64,000 nt of DNA from the human T2T-CHM13v2.0 reference genome, Homo sapiens, in NCBI RefSeq assembly GCF_009914755.1, contig NC_060941.1; one strand, 5' to 3'. This document shows, piece after piece, positions 55,512 to 64,000 of this stretch. Position numbers and translations under genes: made by a program. Under the pieces are notes generated by a model, which worked only from the letters and a program-made list of their open reading frames with translations, ran no database searches and was not told where the DNA came from. How positions within the stretch are numbered: the first letter of the stretch is position 1; each line of letters begins with the position of its first letter.

Positions 55512-57479
55512 GAAATTTTCAATAGTATCTTTCATTGGAAAGAGAGTAGGGTAAGGAGTCATAAGCCTACAATGTATCAGGCAGATATTCTATTTTTGAG
55601 GTTGAGAGAGTCTGAGTGACTTGCTTCAAATCTCCCAGCCAGGAAACTGGGATTTGAACCCACATCTGCCTGGCTCAAAGCCTTCCACATCCATTGCAGC
55701 CTCTTGCTTCTCACAATATCTGTGATGCTTGCAGAACACATCTTCCCCTTCAGGGCCCCTGCGGAGGCCCACGATTCCCCTACCTTACCTTCATCAAGTG
55801 TCCTGAAGTTTCTGGGAGAAGTCATTTTACACTTTAAGGTACTATACGCATAGTAACTTGGGCCTGTGAGATTTCCAAAGACCTAAAACAATTCAGTAAA
55901 ACGTCAAAATTGGCCGGGCACAGTGGCTCACGCCTGTAATCTCAGCACTTTGGGAGGCCGAGGCAGGCAGATCACTTGAGGTCAGGAGTTCAAGACCAGC
56001 CTGGCCAACATGGTGAAACCCTATCTCTACTAAAAATACAAAAAAATTAGCCGGGCATGGTGGCAGGTGTCTGTAATCCCAGCTACTCAGGAGACTGAGG
56101 CAGGAGAATCACCTGAACCTGGGGGGCAGAGGTTGCAGTGAGGCAAGATCGCACCACTGCACTCCAGCCTAAGCAACAGAGCGACACTCTGTCTCAAAAA
56201 GAAAAAAAAAATTGGTTTTGAAGGTGTGGGTGGCAGGAATTCTCGCCCCTGGCCTGGGTGAGCTAGAGGGGAGAAGCAAGGACATCTAGGTCCCTATCAC
56301 CGCTTGCCTAGACAACTTCACAGGAAGGCCCCCGGGAATCTGAGATGGAGCAGGTGAACCCTTTACATCTAGATGGTGAGTCCAAAGGAGGTATTCAGAA
56401 GGTTGCCTTCTTCCCCTTCCTACTGCTGCCCAACGATGACCCGCAGGCTGAAAGAGCCCTTTCCTCCTGGAACTGATGTGGGACCTGGCCTGTTTGGGAG
56501 CAGAATGGTGAAAGGAATTAACATGGAAGACAAAGGGACAGGCAGCCAAGATCATTTGAGGAGGAAAAATTGCTTCATTTCTAGGCTCCTTCCCCTTTTG
56601 AAACAGATAAGTTACATCCATTATATGCTCAGTGTTTATATTCAGAACTGCAGTTCTAGCCAGGGGGGTCTCTTTCCTCTCCTGGAATTTTTTGGGCCAT
56701 TTATGCATTACTCCTGAGGGAGGGCCAGTGCAGGGCAGTGACTTTGGTGTTGGTTAGAACTGGATTCGAGTCTTGGCTCTGCCATTATAAATACTGTGAC
56801 CTTAGGCAAGTCACCTGATTGTTCTCTTAGTTTCTTAATCTGGAAAGTGGAGGTGAAAATAGCACTGTTGTGGTGGCTGTGAAAAAGTATTTCTTTCTTT
56901 TGTTGTGGAAAAGTATTTAATTCAAACTTTTTAAGTAAAGCATTTAGCACATGTCTAATATATAGGAATTATTCAATAAATGGTTTAATTCTTTTTTAAA
57001 AAACCCAAAAGTTATAGCTCCAAAATTTTTAAAGAAAATTGCAAAATTAAAAGGAATATTTAATAAAATAGCTACAGAGAGACACATGTCTGCTAGTCAA
57101 CTATAATTGAAGTCAACCCTTACATAGTTATATATAAATACAGCATAATAAAGATTCCCAAGAATACAATGAACCATTTTTTCTCATATTGAGTTCAGAA
57201 TTACAATAATTCTTTCACATTTTTAAACAACAAGAAATGCACATCTGTATGGAAGTGAGGTGCATTTTGATGTGTTTGATATGACATGGGGTCTCCCAGG
57301 GTCTTAAGGTCTTAGGAAGATCCCAAGGTGGTGTGAGGAACCTGGAGAAGGACAAGAGACAAGTACTCATGGCAGAGACTTCTGTCCTCACCCCCTAGCT
57401 GCTCTGAGAGATTAAGAAAGCCAAGGCCTGCAGCAGCCAGCCATGCCCACAACAGAGGGGCCTCTCTGGATTTCTGTAT

Positions 57480-57631
57480 CCCTGGTTTAAACAAAGGCCC
57501 CAGCAAGCTGAGCCACCAAAGCTCTGGGGATCATGAGGAACAAAGGCAGAGGGAGAGCAGAGTGCTGACAGGGCCAGAGGCCAGAGGCCGCAGGGCTATA
57601 AAGAGGAGGGCCACAGAGCAAGTGGTACCAG
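57480..57631 (+). promoter_or_regulatory. CRYBA1: CRYBA1 proximal promoter: TATA box, Maf half-site, two SOX-type motifs
   Basis: TATAAA 57597-57602; TGCTGAC 57563-57569; AACAAAG at 57490-57496 and 57539-57545. The ATG is only 29 nt after the TATA box. Confidence 0.85.
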
Positions 57632-57662
57632 ATGGAGACCCAGGCTGAGCAGCAGGAGCTGG
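57632..57662 (+). CDS. CRYBA1: Beta-crystallin A3/A1, coding exon 1 (31 nt)
   Basis: ATG GAG ACC CAG GCT GAG CAG CAG GAG CTG G|gtgagt = METQAEQQEL(E), the beta-A3 N-terminus; canonical donor. Confidence 0.97.
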
Positions 57663-58603
57663 GTGAGTAAGGCCCTCAGGGTGCCCTTGCCCTTCCTCTC
57701 CTTGCCCTGCAGAGACATGCCCAGGAGAGGGCCCAGTTCTCCTGCCTAGTGTGTAGAGCCTTCTAGGGTGGCTGGAGAAGAGTGGGGAACTCTGGCGGAA
57801 GACAGCCTTCTCTTGTCACCCCAAGAGGAGTCACTTATATAGCAATAACCACTGCCCTAGCAACTAAGGCTGGGGGATGGGCATGGGCCCCCAAGAAACG
57901 AGCAGGGAGAAGGTATGGGAGCAGGACCTGGGAAATGTTGCTTATTCAGAGATTCAGAATGGAAAAATATATTACAGAGTTGACATGCATCATTCCTGGG
58001 CCCAATACCAGCCAGGAGGAGGGCCATGAATATCTGTCCTAAGAAACCTAATACACACCTGCCTGTCTTCCTTCTTCCCTTCCTCCCCCACTTTTCCTTC
58101 CTCTTTCTTGCTCTGTCCTTCCTTTTTTAAAACTCGTCCTACCATCTTCACTGTCTACCTAACCTCTTTGAGCCTCAGTATCCTCATCTGTAAAATGGGG
58201 ATAATGATAATTCTTAATTCATAGTCTGTATGTGAAGATTAAATGCATGAATGCATGTAAAGCATTTAAAACAGGGCCGGACATGTAGATAGCCATTTTT
58301 GAGTGTAAGTATTATAACTCTTTTCTTCTTCACTTTCCTTCAATAAGTCTTTTTCAATGTCCCCCTGATCCCTCATCTCCACATGTGCTCAGCACGATGC
58401 TATACCAATCCCCTAGAAGACCGAGGCCTTGCCATTGAGGTGCTCACCAGGACATCCAACCAGAACACAGATTGGTACTGTGATGAGTGCTATAAATCAA
58501 GAAAGCAAGCAAGTGGCTGTGGGCTGGAGAAGGCAGGAAAGCCTCTGAGAAGGCAAGGTCAAGGCTGGGTAGGATCTAGGAGATAGAAAAGCAGAAAGGA
58601 ATG

Positions 58604-59854
<1,251 letters not shown>

Positions 59855-59909
59855 TCACCTCCCCCTCCTCCCAAGAGGCCACATCATTCGTGTGTGCTCT
59901 GTCTTCCAG

Positions 59910-59974
59910 AAACCCTTCCAACCACCAAGATGGCTCAGACCAACCCTACGCCGGGGTCCCTGGGGCCATGGAAG
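59910..59974 (+). CDS. CRYBA1: Beta-crystallin A3/A1, exon 2 (65 nt; contains the beta-A1 start codon at 59930)
   Basis: cttccag|AAACCCTT...TGGAAG|gtaagc = (E)[21 protein letters not shown]; 31+65=96 nt keeps the frame. Confidence 0.97.
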
Positions 59975-60949
59975 GTAAGCCCACCCCCATCACATCCAAC
60001 AGGGCAGGGGTGACATGCTGCACAGAGCAGGCCCCAGGCCTGTGCTCGTCCATAAGGCAGTGACTGACCAGAAAAACCCCAGTTTGTAGGGGAAAGGTCC
60101 ACACAAGCTCCAGTGCTGTCGAAGGAAGGATCTCTCAGGATGTCCCACTGGACAAAGGAAGGATGACTGTGGATGCCATTGATGGGTGGGAGATGATACC
60201 TAGTTTCCTAACTCCTCTCTCCTCCCCACTAAAGTCATCTTAAAATACAGCAGCCCAGCAACAGTTATGTCCATGGAGAAAATGAGGGCCCATAAAGATA
60301 TTTACTACTAGATCCCAAATAAATTACAGGACTCAGCCTCCCATCCTGAGGTTGGCTTTAACCATTGGCCGAAGTGGCTGATCCTCAGGCCTCTCACTGG
60401 CCTCTCTCCAACACTCCCCACTCTCCTCATTGGGTCAACTCTGAGGCCAGCTCACAGCTTTGCGAGTGGTCCTCTGGCCAGGTCCACGAGCCAGGTTTTA
60501 GTTCAATGTACAAAAAGGGTTGACCATAACTCTCCTTTACACTCTAGGTTTCTATAGGGGGTATGGCTGGAGAAGCTAAGAATCTATAAGGAGCTCCTGG
60601 GACTCCCAGAATCCTGGCCTCTGGGCCATGCTTATGAAGGAACTGTGGTGGAATGGGAGCCCATAAGTCCTTGGCCTGTCCATTGGTCTAGATATTATCC
60701 CTGGCAGACCATTTCTATCATAAACCAATCCTCCCTCCACCTCATCCCTACTCTGGGCAAATGAACACCAACCAGTGGCATTAATTCAAACCCCTTCCTG
60801 CCCTGTCTACACTGGAAGAGACCTCATCAGGCATCCCAGGCTACAGCTGGTAACAGAAAGCACAGAGTCAGACTGAAGTTAAGCTGTTGACCTGGACCTC
60901 TGTTTTTCCTGATGTTCTAGCTCTCTTGCGCCATTCAATCTCATTTCAG

Positions 60950-61068
60950 ATAACCATCTATGATCAGGAGAACTTTCAGGGCAAGAGGATGGAGTTCACC
61001 AGCTCCTGTCCAAATGTCTCTGAGCGCAGTTTTGATAATGTCCGGTCCCTGAAGGTGGAAAGTGGCGC
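60950..61068 (+). CDS. CRYBA1: Beta-crystallin A3/A1, exon 3 (119 nt; Greek key 1)
   Basis: tttcag|ATAACC...GGCGC|gtgagt = [39 protein letters not shown](A). Confidence 0.98.
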
Positions 61069-61994
61069 GTGAGTATGGACTTCCGCAGAACCGCAGCCCC
61101 TTATTTCAGGTCCCTTCAGACAGGGGACCATAGAGTGGGGATAGGGGAAGAAGGATGTTCCCCTAGGCTCTAGTCATTTCTCGGAGACAGGCCTCGAAAG
61201 AAATCACTACATGCATAATTTAGTAAGCCAAAGCTAGAAGGAAGGAACATGAGGTTCTTAGTGGCTTGGTACTAGATTTCAGGGGCTGGATAAAGAAATA
61301 CATACAATGGGGTGGGACAGTGGCAGTAATCAAAATTTTGCTTCTGGAGCTCACAGGCTGCTACCTAGGGTGCCCTCAGAACAGCCACAAGACCCTTGAG
61401 TTTTTCTTGCCTGCAGAAAATTGGTAGAGAAGAAAGTGTCAAGTGGCTGCCTCTTCATGGCTAACTCTCCTCCTGCATATCCCAGAGCAGACACTGTTAG
61501 CTAATTTCTTTATGAAAAAAAAAACCTTAACCCCACGACTCCAGAGACATATTAGCTCCTGATTCATCTTTCAGGCAGTTTCTTGTTGATGGTTAATCTT
61601 GGTGAGGGAGACCCTCTCATTTTTGTCCTCTGACTCTTGGCAGAGTAGTTGAGGCCTTTATCATTAGCCTGAAAATACCTAAGGAAAAGACTCACCCTTG
61701 ACTAGGCAGAATTGGCCTTGCATGTGGATAGGCTTCCACAAGTTGCTTGCCACCAAAATTAAGCTCTTCAGTCCTTTAAAAGATGTAACACTTTAAGGTG
61801 TCATCACTAACTGAGACCCAGTTGTGAAAAACTGAGCTGAGTGTTTCAAGTTTTAAGTACAGGTATGGGGCACTAGGAGAAAGAACTCGCAAGTCACAGG
61901 AAGAAAAAAGACTAGTAATCCATCAGTTGCTTGTTCATCCCTGTGCTTTCTTAAGAAGAAGCCAACAGGTTTGGCTTGAGCCAAAGCAATAGTC

Positions 61995-62546
61995 CAGGGG
62001 TGTCTAATCTTTTTGGCTTCCCTAGGCCACACTGAAAGAATTGTCTTGGGCCACATATAAAATACCATAACGATAGCTGATGACCTAACAACAACAAAAA
62101 CAACTCATAATGTTTTGAGGAAGTTTACAAATTTGTGTTGGGCTGCGTTCAAAGCTGTCCTGAGCTGCATGCAGCCCTTGGGCAACAGGTTGGACAAGCT
62201 TGCAACAGTCACTAGATCCTGAAACAGGTAGAGAATAGGTGATTTGGAGAAAAAGAAAAAAAAATTTTTTTTTTTTTTGAGGCAAGGTGTCACTCTGTTG
62301 CCCAGGCTGGAGTGCAGTGGCACAATCATGGCTCACTGCAGCCTCCACCTCCAAGGCTCAACCCTCAGCCCCCTGAATAGCTGGGACTGCCAGTAGTGGG
62401 TCACCACGCCTGGCTAATTTTTGAGTTTTGTAGACGGGGTTTCGCCATGTTTCCCAGGCTGGTCTCCAACTCATGGGCTCAAGCGATCTGCTTGCCTTGG
62501 CCTCCTGAAGCGTTGGAACTACAGGCGTGAGACACCACACCCAGCC
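61995..62546 (-). mobile_element. MER30-like element (61995-62200) and AluJ (62264-62546) in intron 3
   Basis: Reverse-complement homology to 54806-55030; antisense Alu with a T-rich tail. Confidence 0.8.
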
Positions 62547-62831
62547 AGGAAATATAATTTTAGATTGGCTTTGCTAATACACTTCACTCAGACCAGTGAA
62601 GTAGATAGACCTTTTCAGTGATAACCCCCAAACAAATATTACATTCACTAACCTGCTTAGTATACCTGTCAACTCATTCCTCAACTCTTGTGACAAATTA
62701 CTTTGTACAGCTCTACTGGGATTGGCTTGATATTTTACCCCACTATTGACTTATCTAAAACGAAAGATGCCTTCTCCCCAAGGCCATATAGGCTTTGAAC
62801 ACCATGAACAAACACTACATGTCTTTGGCAG

Positions 62832-62973
62832 CTGGATTGGTTATGAGCATACCAGCTTCTGTGGGCAACAGTTTATCCTGGAGAGAGGAGAATACCCTCG
62901 CTGGGATGCCTGGAGTGGGAGTAATGCCTACCACATTGAGCGTCTCATGTCCTTCCGCCCCATCTGTTCAGCT
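62832..62973 (+). CDS. CRYBA1: Beta-crystallin A3/A1, exon 4 (142 nt; Greek key 2); gene continues beyond the window
   Basis: ttggcag|CTGGATT...TCAGCT|gtgagt = (A)[47 protein letters not shown]; phase 2 matches the end of exon 3. Confidence 0.98.
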
Positions 62974-63749
62974 GTGAGTCTCTGAAATTTCCACTTCCGT
63001 GCATATGAGGGATGGGACAAGAGGGTGTGGACAGACTGACGTTCATGCTATTTATCATCAGTTATGCTGAATGTGGCAGGAAAAAAGACAAAAGTAAAAA
63101 AAGAGAAAACATCACTTTCTTCTCTAAGCCTGCTATTTGATTTTTCTCCACCAGGTGGTACTTCCCTTAAGCTAAAACTAAGGGTCTTACAAGTGGCAAT
63201 AAGTGGATACTCAAGAGCCCAGTAAACTTGTGAAACACTAGTAAATGAGTGAAAGTGCTTACCCTGCAGCAAAAAGTAAATCCTTGGCCAGTTAAATTTC
63301 AATCTGTGTAACATTTTTACTGCAGAAACAGGAAAATGCTGAAGTAACCTTTCAGTAAGTGGGAATGACTGACGAAATAGGCAAGTCTTCCAGTATCGAT
63401 CTACACTGATTGATAATAATCTTCTTGTTCTGAACACTTAAGTATTACTCAATAATGCATCAGGCTGGGATGTTTCTGGTCTTTGGAAACAGTTCAAGCA
63501 GAAAGCAGAATGACCTTAAGGGGTGTGTTGAAAATGATCCCTGTATTAGGAGTTAGGTTGGGCTAGAACCTTTCCAAATATTCAGTCTATGTGAGAGTTT
63601 CTCGTGATTTTGGTTAATAATCTCATCTTGGTTCAAAGTCTTGCCAAAATTCAACTGGTGGAGAAGTTAACCTAAATAGTTCTAATCCAAATAAATAGTT
63701 GCCTGTCTGGAAATTATTTCAATCTCACTTTTAAAAACATTTCATTTGC

Positions 63750-64000
63750 CCACCCTAAGGTATAACTGACATACAGTAAAATGCACAGACCCTAAGTGAA
63801 TATTCTCATGAGTTTTTGAAAAATATATAGATCCATGTAACCAACACCCTAACCATATAAAGAACATTCCATCATAGTTCCCTGGTGTCCCTTTCCACTC
63901 AATTGCTCCCCTACCACTTTCTATTACCAAACAGTTTTGTCCATTTTTGAAGTTCATACAGGTTAGTCTCTGTCTTTTTAATGCTTGTGTAGTATTCATG
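63750..64000 (-). mobile_element. Old L1M (L1MC/ME-type) 3' fragment
   Basis: taactgacatacagtaaaatgcacagac...catgtaacc...ataaagaacattccatca is typical antisense L1M 3' sequence. Confidence 0.7.

Overview
Mammalian (by sequence, human) genomic DNA that is very Alu-dense. I recognise it from memory as 17q11.2 just upstream of and including the 5' half of CRYBA1. Three gene-derived elements are supported. (1) A heavily disrupted, non-processed connexin (gap-junction) pseudogene lies on the minus strand at about 7.4-8.5 kb. All four TM segments and both extracellular loops can still be read across frameshifts, and a splice acceptor sits 10 nt before its ATG inside a perfect 16-bp inverted repeat. 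(2) A young, full-length twinfilin-1 (TWF1) retrocopy lies at 12.28-15.25 kb on the minus strand, with poly(A), a 14-bp target-site duplication, a single 1-nt frameshift and a 3'UTR that retains several miRNA seed sites. (3) The promoter and exons 1-4 of beta-A3/A1 crystallin CRYBA1 lie at 57.5-63.0 kb on the plus strand; the remaining exons are beyond the window. The rest is Alu, L1, L2, MIR, MLT1 and hAT-type repeats plus microsatellites, with candidate CTCF motifs at 30.3, 54.7 and 63.1 kb. Nearly all other ORFs in the track are Alu-derived or chance ORFs. Repeat family names and many repeat boundaries come from recalled consensus sequences and are approximate.
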